From the NCBI RefSeq assembly GCF_006345805.1, contig NC_043001.1, forward strand, positions 89,776,001-89,840,000: a DNA stretch of 64,000 bases, in the 5' to 3' direction. This DNA is from Octopus sinensis. Lineage: Eukaryota. Each line of letters starts with the position of its first letter. The first letter of the stretch is position 1. Positions 24,275 through 36,072 of this stretch are shown piece by piece. Under the pieces are notes generated by a model. That model made no database searches. It saw only the letters and a list, made by a program, of their open reading frames with translations, and was not told the DNA's origin. Made by a program: the position numbers and the translations under genes.

Positions 24275-24312
24275 TCTTTTACGTTTCGGTCCTACGCTCT
24301 TCAATAGAAAGG
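24275..24312 (-). ncRNA. Decayed minimal hammerhead-like motif in a pLTR-like fragment (~24186-24370)
   Basis: Minus strand CCUUU-CUAUUGA-A-GAGCGUAGGACC-GAAA-CGUA-AAAGA. Confidence 0.5.
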
Positions 24313-24689
24313 AACACGAGGAAATAAACAGAGAGAATAAAAAATCTTTTGGAGCTAGCGGTCAGTCATGGTGGCTAGGCTTCTTTCAGTTTCCGTCTAC
24401 CAAATCCACTCACAAAGCTTTGGTCGGCCCGAGGTTATAGTCGGAGACACTTACCCAAGGTGCCACGCAGTGGGACAGAACCCGGAACCAAGTAGTTGGG
24501 AAGCAAGTTTCTTATCACACAGCCACTCCTGCACCTATGTACGAATGTTTGTATGTATGTCATATTTTTTACTTGTTTCAGTTATTGGACTGCAGCCATG
24601 CAAGGGCAAATCGATTCCAGCACCTATTTTTCTAGCTTGGTATGCTATCGGTCTCTTTTGCAGAACCATTAAGTTATAGTCCCAAAAAA

Positions 24690-24950
24690 AGTTGAAGATA
24701 CCTTTTCGAGTTATGCCGACTCAGAAGGGCCGGTTTCCTAGTTTCATGGCATATATATATATATATATCCCACCTGGACGGGACGTCGGTCCGTGGCAGG
24801 ATTAATAATTTTTGCCAGTTGAATGTGCTGGAGCAACATGAAATGAAGTGTTTTGCCCAAGAACAGAACTCGCCACCCGGTCCAGGAATCGAAACCACAA
24901 TCTTACGATCATGGGTCCAACATCCTAACCACTAAGCCACGCGCCTCCAC
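24690..24950 (-). mobile_element. tRNA-derived SINE family C
   Basis: Minus strand GGAGGCGCGTGGCTTAGTGG..GGTTTCGATTCC then TTGGGCAAAACACTT. Related copies at ~13280, ~29755 and ~40640. Confidence 0.8.
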
Positions 24951-25512
24951 CACTAAGTTATGGGGGACTTAAAACAACACAGGTTTTCAGGTGGTGGTGA
25001 CACACACGCACACACGCACGCGCACACACACATCACATCACAGGCTTCCAGTTTCTGTCAATCAAATCCACTCACAAGGCTTTTGACAGCCTAGGACTAT
25101 AGTAGAAGACATTTGAACCCACATTGCCGGAAAGCCAGCATCTTAACCACACAGTCATACCTATATGTGTGTGCGCGCGCGAATTTTCAGATCTTGTAGA
25201 CTTTCCACCTGCTCACGTCTCTGTTTTTGCATCTTCAACCTTCTGCCTGTTTTCTCATTGAACATCAGCTACAGATTTCTGCGTCATTTCTAACCACACC
25301 TAACTTTCCAGTTCCTTACATCTTACCACAATCTTTAAATTTAATTGTCTCCTATGAATTTTTGTTAACTCATTGTCCTAACAACTGTGGCCAGTACAAT
25401 TTCTCTCTCTTTCTTGCTCTCTGACTCTGTGTATCTCTGCCTGCCTGTCTGTCTCTCTGTCTCTCTTTTCTCATAACCCGTAATTGTATTTCGCCTTGTT
25501 ATCACGTATATA

Positions 25513-26796
25513 CGAGGGGCGTTCAATAAGTAATGCCTCTGACCCACTTGCAGTTGTTTGATCTAGCTGAAATTTTGCGTGTGCTATTATTTATATCTCT
25601 ATAGAGTAGGTGGCAAATTACAGCTCTGAACTAATTGGGGTTTCTGATTTACAGGTGTTTGAACTGAGTCAAGTGTGAAATGGAGCCTGTTGAGTGTCGA
25701 GTAGTGATCCGGTTTTTGTATTTGAAAGGACGCACACCACGGGAGACTTTTGATGAAATGAAAGTAACTTATGGTAATGATGCCCCATCATATGACCTTG
25801 TAAAACGCTGGCATCGTGAATTCAAACATGGTCGGAACTCGGTGGAAACAGCTCCCAGATCTGGTCGCCCCACTTCTGCCATTGATGAGGCATCTGTCCG
25901 TCAAGTTGAGGCTGCCAGTTTGGAAGATCGACGAATAACTATTCGCCAAATAGCCCACGAGGTCAAGATTAGTACCGGGTCTGTGGAAACTATCATTCAT
26001 GACCATTTGCATATGCAAAAGGTGTCTGCCAGATGGATTCCCAGGTTGCTCACACCTTTCCAGAAGCAAGAACGCGTCGAGTGCTCGAGGATGAATTTGG
26101 AGATGTGCCAAGAAGATGAGTCAAAATTTTTCAAAAGACTGATTACACAGGATGAAACCTGGGTCCATCACTATGATCCAGAGACCAAAGCCCAGTCAAT
26201 GCAGTGGAAGCACCGTGACTCACCTCCTCCAAAGAAGTCAAGGGTGCAGCCCTCCGCTGGCAAGGTCATGCTCACAGTCTTCTGGGACCAGGACGGAGTA
26301 TTGATAACAGATTTCCTGGCAAAGGGTACCACAATTTCAGGAGCCTATTATGCTTCACTTTTGAGGAAATTAAGAGAAACTATCAAAATCAAGAGGCGGG
26401 GCAAGATCAGCAAAGACACCCTCCTCCTGCAGGACAACGCTCCGGTCCACAACTCGCTTGTTGCCAGATCAGAAGCACAGGCGTGCGGCTATGAACTCCT
26501 CCCCCTACTCTTCTGACCTTGCACCCTCTGATTTTCACCTCTTCCCAACCATGAAGTTGTTTTTGAAAGGAAAGCGTTTCCCAGTTGATGCAGCCTTGAT
26601 TTCTGAAGTCACGTCGTGGTTGGAGGACCAAGCTGGGTCTTCTAAAAAAACGGTCTCCAGAGCTGTATCAAACGATGGGAGAAATGCGTAACTCTGGGTG
26701 GTTCCTATGTAGAGAAAGACTAATAACTGTGCAAAGTTTCGTTGCTCTACTGCTATGGGAAGTGGGTCAGGGGCATTACTTATTGAACGCCCCTCG
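25513..26796 (+). mobile_element. Full-length mariner transposon (1284 bp, irritans-like)
   Basis: TIRs CGAGGGGCGTTCAATAAGTAATGCC with TA TSD on both sides. Confidence 0.97.
25680..26723 (+). pseudogene. Mariner D,D34D transposase with two 3' frameshifts
   Basis: HTH N-terminus, WIPRLLT, QDETWVHHYD, LLQDNAPVH, then (shifted) YSSDLAPSDFHLFP and (shifted) KRWEKCVTLGGSYVEKD*. Confidence 0.95.
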
Positions 26797-27045
26797 TATT
26801 CCTCTCTTCCTCACTTCATCCTTTCCTCTTATCCCTCATCTAACCTATAACTTGCTGTTGCTCCCTTACATTATATTCCTTTCTACACTATACTTCTCCC
26901 ATACTACTCGCCCTGCTTCCCACACTACTTACACCATAGCTCATTAACTCTTCCTCTTCTCTCTTCCTTCACACCCATCCACCAACATCACTTATTTTTC
27001 TCTTTTGCAATTTCGATAAAACTTTTAATCTTTTCCCCTCACTCT

Positions 27046-27073
27046 CTGAAGAAGGAGAAAATTTCGAAACGTT
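27046..27073 (+). ncRNA. Decayed hammerhead-like core at the end of a Penelope-like pyrimidine-rich tail (~26799-27130)
   Basis: CUGAAGA-AG-GAGA(AAA)UUUC-GAAA-CGUU. Stem I is not preserved. Confidence 0.4.
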
Positions 27074-27189
27074 AAACTTCTCATTTATCCTTCACAGCAT
27101 AAAACATATTCCACTGTTTGAACTATAAAGTGGCCGGTGCCATTTATTTTGTCAACCCCAAGCCAACCAAAATTTCTACTCAATACCAC

Positions 27190-27610
27190 TGATTTGTCAC
27201 GTTGCTTGACCAGTTGAGCATGTCCCTTAGTGGCTGATGATATGTGCATCTAATCGCGAGCAAGGGTAGTGAGGAGTATCGTAGCTGCGTATTGAGAGGG
27301 ATTCTTTGGGGTTTGAATAATTCACACTTGGAAACGGGTGTTTCGTTCATCATCCTTAAACAACACTTATTGAGGGATAAGTGTTGAGCGGAATGGGCTA
27401 CTCGACCTGAAAAAAAAAAAAAAAAAACTAACCGAGAGCCATCTGCAAGGTCATGCGCTGTATATCTTGATATGAGATGGCCATGTCGCGAACATATGGT
27501 TGTGATGCACGTACCTGGTGTACACTTATCAGACGAGTAGTCATGATGGGTATATCGGACGTCGTATATTTGTACCCCGGTATCACTTTGACGGTCTGTG
27601 CTACTCTCTC
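27190..27610 (+). mobile_element. Interspersed repeat family D (second copy ~33760-34320, opposite strand)
   Basis: Extensive reverse-complement similarity between the two loci. Confidence 0.75.
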
Positions 27611-27639
27611 AATAATTATCCTTTCTACTAAAGGTACAA

Positions 27640-28366
27640 GGCCTAAAATTTTGGGGGAGAGGACTGGTTGATTACATAGACTCCAGTGTTTCACTAGTAC
27701 TTAATTTATCGACCCCGAAAGGAATTTGAACTCAGAACGTAATGACGGATGAAGTGCCACAAAGCATTTTGCCCGGCGTGCTAACGATTATTTTCTACTC
27801 TAGCCACAAGGCTCGAAATTTTGGGGCAAGGGGCCAGTCTATTAGATCGATCCCAGTACACAACTGGTACTTAATTTATTGACCCTGAAGGGAGGAAAAG
27901 CAAAGTCGACCTCGGCAGAATTTGAACTCAGAACGTAAAGACAGACGAAATACCTATTTCTTTACTACCCACAAGGGGCTAAACACAGAGAGGACAAATA
28001 AGGACAAACAAACGGATTAAGTCGATTACATCGATCCCAGTGCGTAACTGGTACTTAATTTATCGACCTCGAAAGGATGAAAGGCAAAGTCGACCTAGGC
28101 GGAATTTGAACTCAGAATGTAACGGCAGACGAAATACCTATTTCTTTACTACCCACAAGGGGCGGCTAAACACAGAGAGGACAAACAAGAACAGACAAAC
28201 GGATTAAGTCGATTATATCGATCTCAGTGCGTAACTGGTACTTATTTAATCGACCCCGAAAGGATGAAAGGCAAAGTCGACCTCGGCGGAATTTGAACTC
28301 AGAACGTAAAGACAGACGAAATACCGCTAAGCATTTCGCCCGGTGTGCTAACGATTCTGCCAGCTC
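27640..28366 (-). mobile_element. Tandem/nested cluster of SINE family B (about 4 units)
   Basis: ~183-bp units joined at AGGTATTTCGTC. Confidence 0.9.
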
Positions 28367-31300
28367 TACGTCTCAGTAGTAGTGGTAGTAGTAGTAGCAG
28401 TAGTAGTGGTGTTAGTTTCAAATTTTGGTACAGAGCCAGCAGTTTTTGAAGGGAGGGGTATGTCGAATATTTCGACACCAGTGTTTGACTGGAACTTATT
28501 TTAGCTCTCCCAAATGAATGAAAGGCAAAGTCCACCTCTGCGATATCTGAATTCAGGACATAAAAAGCTGGAAAATAATAATGATAATAACATAAGCCGT
28601 ATAAGGTAATTTTAAATAATTCGTGAAAAAGCGGTGTTTACGACTGGACTGTCTTTGTCTATCGGGTTGCTTAATTAGTGTTGACCTGGAGACCAAACAA
28701 CAGCAATAAAACAACGCTAATCTAATGAGAGAATCTATATATTGTCTTAATCTTCGTCTTCTATTATAATTCCACTGAAATCTATAATGCATTACAGGAA
28801 AATTGATTGTTGGAAGAGATAAAAGAAAAGTTGGCCTTGGTGGGATTTGAACCCAGAACGTAAATGGCTATAAGTATATACAGCCATATTTTTTCTGACC
28901 CTCTCGACCTGCTAGAAATAACTGCCAAATCTCTCACATACCACATCCTACCATTTAACAAAATAGGAAAAAGGCGTGAAATTGTTGTTCTAGATAGTTA
29001 ACAAAAATGCAGACGCGGTGATCATGGCTGGATTACCTTTGATCATTGGTCTGTTGTGCTGGAAAAGGGTCAACCAGGAGTTAAACAACTACTCCAGCGC
29101 AGTGAAAGGTAACATTAACCGATCCCTTCTTATTTAATTTTATTCATGTTTAGGTTGCTTTATAAGACTGAAGCTTGATCCTACTACTTGACTACTACTT
29201 TATTTATCGACCCTTTGAAGGAAAATGGGTAAAAGCTAGCCTCGGTGGGGCTTGAAATCAGAAGGTAAAAGGCTGTAACTGAACACTACCCTACAATTTT
29301 ATGGTTGGCGAATTGGCAGAGTCGATAGAGCGTCGGAAGGAATGCTTAGCGGTGTTTGTTCCTATTCTCTGCACTTTGAGTTCAAATCCTAACCAGGTAA
29401 CTTTGCATTTCATTTCCTTCGGAATCGTTGAAAAAGTACCAGTCGAAGGTGGTATTTGTTCTGGCTCTTTACGTACTGAGTTTATGTCTCACCATAGCCT
29501 GCATGAATGGTAGACTTGGACCCGTTGTCCAGCTTAACACTACCTTCTGGCACTTTGGGTGCCTTTAACGGAGTCTACTCTGTTGCAAGTACTCAGGCTG
29601 GATTTCCGGTTTGGGGCTGCCTCCCTACTTCCTGACTAAAAGATTGAAAACTGAGACAGTTGAGGGACGAAAGTGAATATTGTACAACATTTATTGCAGA
29701 TTAGTACGCCGATGAAGGGTACAACATTTATTGCAGATTTGTACCCATCCCCGATGAAGCGCACGGTTTAGTGGTTAGGGTGTGAGTCTCACGATCACAA
29801 GGTCGTGAGTTTGATTCCAGGCGATCTAGACATATTTTGCATCGCTTTTGTCTACTCAATTGAAAACGAGTACCAGCCGAGTAATGATGCAGGCTTTTCT
29901 CCAGCTGTTACATCCAGTGTTCTGCTAGGTCTCGGGTGGTATGGTCAAGAGCTTGTCTATGTTAGTTCGTAACTACACAAGTACCGCAAACAATTAGTGA
30001 AAACATAGTTCAAGCTACTAGGTTGTATTCGCTTGCGAGGACAACTAAACGTACCCAGGATCGATGAAATGAAGTACCAGCCAAGTATTGAAGTTGATTT
30101 AATCGACTACCGATTTGTAGAGCCAAAAACACACGCCCAACTGTGGGATAACGGCAACAGGTGAAATGACACACCGGTCGAAGTTGACAGCCAATACAAC
30201 TTCACACACACAACTACTCATGCATTCAAACATACATGCACAGTCTTCCGTAAAGCGAACCTCGTTAAAAGGGATAACGCAGAAAGGAAAAAATTATTGC
30301 TTGCTTTAATCACGTCAACAGTAGGTAAACACTTTTCATGCTTCATCGTTCAGCGATACGATTTCGATTCCTGGTAGAAGTAATTTTCATTTTTGTTTCA
30401 CTTATGTTGCTAACACCGTTGGGTAAAGCATGAACATCACAACATCGTATCTCCTATATTGCTATTACATGACCCCATGTCATATTTTTTTTTATATCAA
30501 AGAATGCACAAGAACTGCAGTAACAAAAACATCGTTGTTGTTTAGGCCCAGGTCAGTGTTCAAAAGCGTCCCAACTGTAAGCATCGCATTTTGTATATCA
30601 AGGACTCGACTAGTTTTGAAGCCCGTGCAAGAGGCTCTCTGTCATATAAATTAAACCGGCAGTAATGGAAATTAAGTGAAGTATGTACAGGGCGTAGGTG
30701 TTCTTCCATTTAGCTTACGGAGCGGGTGGTGGCTTATAGCGTTTTGTCCCCAACCTTCTTAGTTTCATCCTCTTCAACTTTAGCTTACCCTTGGTACCTA
30801 ATATGCATTTCTGTTAGCAGGTATAAAATAAATAAATAAATAAATATATATATATATACATTGCAACAAAAGCATGCCGAAAGCGAATTGAATACAAAAT
30901 TGTATTTTTCCTAAACTTGTCATTAAACTGTCGCGATTAAAATAGGATTTTTTTCTATATTTTTTCTGTCCTTATTTCGTTATTGTACTTAGTTTGCGAA
31001 ATTCGTGATGTGAACTCGTGAGTTTACGCATAATTTGTTTACATATCCCACAAACAAACCTCATTTTAATCGTGACAGCTCTCTGGAAGTCTGCCAACAA
31101 ATGTTTGTCGTTCTATATAGCCCTTGGTCAGCCCTGGTCAAAGACATTTCAAACGCTGACCATACCATATTTTTATATGCGCAGAGAACCAAGGAATATA
31201 TTATTCAACATGTTTTAATTTTCTTGTAGTTTTAGGACAGTAGGGTGTGGTCTGAGGGCGAGTTGACTGCAATGTGTAGCTGTTCGTGTGACCACATTTA

Positions 31301-31465
31301 GGATCTCTCATTGGCTTCCCTAATGTTATGACAGGTAAATTAATTATATATGTAATTAAAGGTAAATTAATATATTTTCAATAGTTCAATGAAAAAAATA
31401 TATTTATTGAGAAAAGCCAACATGAGTTTTTCTACGTGGTCGTCCGACCAGCTCAGGCGTCCCTG

Positions 31466-31954
31466 TAGAATAGAGTCGGAAATTATCCTGCGCTCCAAAA
31501 ACCGTAAATTTCTTCGGTCCTGTATTTTTCAAGCACTGTAGATTATGATTTTGCAAAACAAAAAATAAACAAATAAATAAAATAGAATAAAAGGTTTTGA
31601 CATGGGAGGGGATTCAACCCAAACCCTTAGGTGATAGGTTTTCAGTTCTTACGTTTTATTTTTAAAGAAAATTTGTTTTTTCAGGTGTATTTTACGCATA
31701 TTTTTATTATCATTATCTTAGAGATTTTAAAGATAAATACGAAAAATAAAAATTTTGTTCCGAAAAAAGGCAAAAATGAAAAACCACAAAGTGAGTATGG
31801 TGTAAAAATCCACCACTATCATTTTTTTTTTTTTTTACCTTTGTTTTACTTTTTTCGTAGAATCGAAATCTACGGATCTTGAGACAAACACACACCGCAC
31901 ACACGCACGAAGTTACCGTTTTTTGTGCTCATAATAATTTCCGACTCTATTCTG
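31466..31954. mobile_element. MITE-like element with ~55-bp imperfect TIRs
   Basis: TAGAATAGAGTCGGAAATTAT..AAAACCGTAA versus TTACCGTTTT..ATAATTTCCGACTCTATTCTG, with TG/TA flanks. Confidence 0.6.
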
Positions 31955-32158
31955 TACGAATGTCCCTGCACTACAAGCAGCTAAACTTCCTTCAAATCAC
32001 ATCCTACTGTCTTCGAAAACAGGTTATTCCATGTATAAAGATCTATCTATCTATCTATCTATCTATCTGTCTATCTGTCTATCTGTCTGTCTGTCTGTCT
32101 GTCTCACGAAGTACTTGCATAACAAATGTTTTGATCTGAGATCGTGTGTCCTCCATGC

Positions 32159-32191
<33 letters not shown>

Positions 32192-32370
32192 CACACACAC
32201 ACACACACACATTCGCGATGGTCACAGTTGGAACATCTTTGATCGTAGGTTTGTTCAGCCTGGACTAATATGGAACGATTTAACAACAACAACGACACCC
32301 AGTATATCCCAAACAAATGTCAACAAGGTATTTTGCCATGTAATTAAAAAAAAATCTGTTGAACACTTAC

Positions 32371-32640
32371 CCAGGAACGATTGCAACCAGTGGTGTTGGT
32401 GGCTGTGGTTTCAACGAAGACAGTGTTCTACGTACGATGATGATGATAATGATGATAATGATAATGATGAAAGCGATGGTTGAGATGGTGATGCATGTGG
32501 AGGTACTGGAAGCGATGCTGTCCCATCTCAGAAGGACTAGCTTGATAGCAGCTAGGCAAGCCGGGTAGAGAGTCAGTCAGATAGCCGGGTCAATAGTCGG
32601 ACAGCTAACGAAGGAGATGGAGTGGGGCCGGTTTATACTT
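32371..32640 (-). promoter_or_regulatory. Candidate TATA-box promoter plus non-coding first exon ending in a strong 5' splice site
   Basis: Minus strand GTATAAACCGGCCCC (32638-32624), ~235 nt of CpG-rich sequence, then CTGG|GTAAGT at 32371/32370. Confidence 0.45.
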
Positions 32641-32942
32641 TTACATGGTTATACACATGTTTATACTTGGATAGATGTCTTGAGAAGTGTCCCATTAGCA
32701 GTTAATATGTGTGTGTGTGTGTGTCCGTATATGTAGGTGTGTCCGAGCCTCTGCTAGAATGCGTGTGTACGTCTATCTTTCCTGAGAACCTCTGCTTGTA
32801 TCTGTGTCAAAGTTATTTCTCTGTTTCTGTCTGTCAGCCTGCCCATCTGCCTGTCTTTCTGTCTGTCTTTTTTATTCTTTCCCTAACCTACTCTTTCTCT
32901 GCCAATCCTCTATCCTTTCCCAAACTTCTCCCGTCTTCTTCC

Positions 32943-33003
<61 letters not shown>

Positions 33004-33404
33004 CCCCTCTCATTCTCCCTCCCCATCAGTCCACTTCAAGCCTTCCAGTCTGCTAGACCTAGCAACCAAATTTTCTCAACTCGCACCATACCAACTTATA
33101 TAATTAAATAACTCCATTGGTAATGTAGTACAGGATAGTCATTAAAAAGATATGTCTTTGGTCATAGTTCTGCTTGATTAGAATTGATATATAAAGAAAA
33201 TATACCTATATATTATTTACCTTGAAGTAATCCACTTCTTTCATTAGCCAGTGTAGAAATAAATATACAAGCATGCTTATACACGTGTGTGCGCACACAC
33301 ACACGCACATACACACACACTTAAATGCCTAAATATATTTATGGGAACCTGTAACCTGTTTCAACCAGTAGTCCTACACATGCCAGAGAGGAGATGATGA
33401 TGAT

Positions 33405-33473
33405 GATGTATCTGTCAATCTAACTATCTATCTATCTACGTCTACCTACCTACCTACCTACCTACCTACCTAC

Positions 33474-33529
<56 letters not shown>

Positions 33530-33580
33530 GTCTACCTACCTACCTACTTATCTATCTATCTATCTATCTATCTATATTAT
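33405..33580. repeat. (CTAT)n/(CCTA)n microsatellite
   Basis: Direct observation. Confidence 0.95.
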
Positions 33581-33760
33581 ATCATGAAAAATCTTAGTTT
33601 TATTTTCCTGGATATGAGGGAAAGTGTCAGATGTCCACAGCCAGCAGACTAATCTGACACTTACTTATGGTCATGCTCTATGAACTCTGCACTCTTGCAG
33701 TTCCAAGCAGTGATGATTTTTGTACGCCTTCTATCTTAACTTTCATTCTTAACTCTTTGA
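33580..33760 (-). mobile_element. 3' end of an RLE-type LINE (R4/Dong-like)
   Basis: VQKSSLLGTARV C-terminal motif, short 3' UTR, then (TAGA)n. Confidence 0.5.
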
Positions 33761-34346
33761 ACCACCTTATTAGTTGTAACCAGCACATGCCATCAAAGTG
33801 ACACTGGAGTACAATTATACAAAGCCCAATATATCCATCATGACTACCCGTCTGATAAGGGTACACCAGGTACATACATCACAACCAGATGTGCGCGATA
33901 TGGTGATCTTATATCAAGATAAACAGTGCATGACCTTGCAGGTGGGGCCTAGTTAGAATTTTCTTCAGGTTGAGTAGCCCATCCTGCTCAAAAGGTCCCT
34001 GAATAAGGTTTGTCTAAGGATGATGAATGGAGCACCCATGTTTCCAGAAGTGAATTATTCAGACCCCAAAGAATTCTTCTCAACACATGGCTATGATGCT
34101 TCCCCATTACTTCTGCTCATGATCAGAGATGCACATATCATCAGCCACCAAGGGACATGCTCAACTGGTTAAGGCCAAACACCTGAAAAGCAAATCTGTA
34201 GTATTGAGTAGAATATTTGCTGTAGTACATCTTTTATACCAAGACAAAACAATGTACATGATAAGACTTCCAATCAGTTAAGATCAGAAGCCATAAGAGC
34301 TACTGCTTGGTATCGCATCAAGACATTTATTATTATTATTATTATT

Positions 34347-35235
34347 AAGACAGAAAGCTGGTAGTACTGCTAACACACTGAGTTTAATGCTTAGCAGTAT
34401 TTTGTCTGTATTTATATTCTGAGTTCAAATTCTGCTAAGGTTGACTTTGCTTTTCATCCTTTCTAGGTCAATGAAAAAAGTGCCAGTTATGCACTGGGGT
34501 CGATGTAATCGACTAGCCCCATCCCCAAAATTTCAGGCCTTGTGCCTTTTAGTAGAAAGGATTATTATTATTATTATTATTAGTAGTAGTAGTAGTAGTA
34601 ATAGTAGTATAATTATGAAGGCTGCAAGCTGGCAGAATCGTTAGCACACAGGACAAAATGCTCAGCGGCATTTTGCCTGTTGCCACGTTCTGAGTTCAAA
34701 TTCTGCCGAAGTCATTTTTTCGGGGCCGATAAATTAAGTATTAGTGAAATACTGGGGTTGATGTAATCAACTAGTCTCCTCCCACAAAATTTCGAGCCTT
34801 GTGCCTATAGTAGAAAGGTTTATTATTATTATTATTATTAGGTTGTAGGGCTAACAGAATCATTAGTGTATCAGACAAAATGCTTAGCTGCATTTCTTCC
34901 AGTGTTTTATGTTCTGAGTTCAAATTCCACTGAGGTCAACTTTGACTTTCATCATTTTGGGTCAATGTAACTGGCTTGATCCCTCCACTCAAAATCACTT
35001 ACTTCATAATAAAATTAGAAATATTTTAAGGTGGTAAATGGCAGAATCATTTGCATGGCAGATAAAGTGCGTTGTGGTATTTCTTGCAGCCTAACTTTCA
35101 GAATTCAAATTCTTCTGCGGTCAGTTTTGCTTGTCATCCTTTCAAGGTCAATAATTACCAGTTGATAAATAGGGTCAATGTAACTGACTAACCCACTTTT
35201 CCAAAATTTTAAACCTTGTGCCTATAGTAGAAAGG
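34347..35235 (+). mobile_element. Cluster of about 4 older SINE B-like copies separated by (ATT)n
   Basis: Repeated ..TTCTGAGTTCAAATTC..GTTGACTTTGC.. bodies. Confidence 0.8.
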
Positions 35236-35494
35236 AATCTCTATCATTCTCCCAACCATTTTTTTTAACCTTTGTATGCTATGCACGTGTCCCTTCTTTT
35301 CCAGTGTATACTGTGTATGCTTACGTTCTTTTTTTATCACTTCATTATATGTAAACCCTCACACAATACTGTCTCAGTATTGTCCCCTCATCCTTTGCCC
35401 TTGTGGCAAATAAATGAAATCATCATCATTATTATTATTATTATTCAGTAGTCTTATTTTTATCACATGTTTTCACTGTACTACCTATTTCTTT

Positions 35495-35712
35495 AGTACC
35501 AACAAGGGGCTAAACACAAAGAGGACAAACAAGGACAGGCAAACGGATTAAGTCGATTATATCGACCCCAGTGTGTAACTGGTACTTATTTAATTAACCC
35601 CGAAAGGATGAAAGGCAAAGTCGACCTCGGCGGAATTTGAACTCAGAACGTAGCGGCAGACGAAATACCACTAAGCATTTCGCCTGGCGTACTGATGTTT
35701 CTGCCAGCTCGC
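35495..35712 (-). mobile_element. SINE family B
   Basis: Reverse-complement match to 20014-20250. Confidence 0.9.
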
Positions 35713-35714
35713 TG

Positions 35715-36030
35715 CCCTGCACTACTGAGTGCAGCGCTGTGTACCTTGGGTACATGCTATGGTTTGTTGTGCTGGTTTTTTTTCATTGTATTGAAAGTGT
35801 TTTACATAGGATGTGTGCTGTGCCTAGTAGTGCTATTTTCTGTATGTTATATATCCTTGTAAGTCCTGGTGTTTTTACTATGTATTTGTCTGAATGTTTT
35901 TTTTATCATACCTAATGCGCCTACTATAATAGGAATTGTTTTTGTTTTTAGACTCCACATTCAAGTTACCTCTATTTCCAGATCTTTGTATTTTGAAAGT
36001 TACTCTGTTTCTTTTAGAGAAACATTGTCA
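35715..36030 (-). mobile_element. R4/Dong-like RLE LINE 3' fragment
   Basis: NVSLKETE*LSKYKDLEIEVT*MWSLKTKTIPIIVGALGMIKK..IQKIALLGTAHIL. Confidence 0.8.
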
Positions 36031-36037
36031 TTTGTTG

Positions 36038-36072
<35 letters not shown>

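Noticed and set aside
27640-28366. CRISPR-like or satellite array
   Set aside because: The units are SINE bodies with no unique spacers, in a eukaryotic context.
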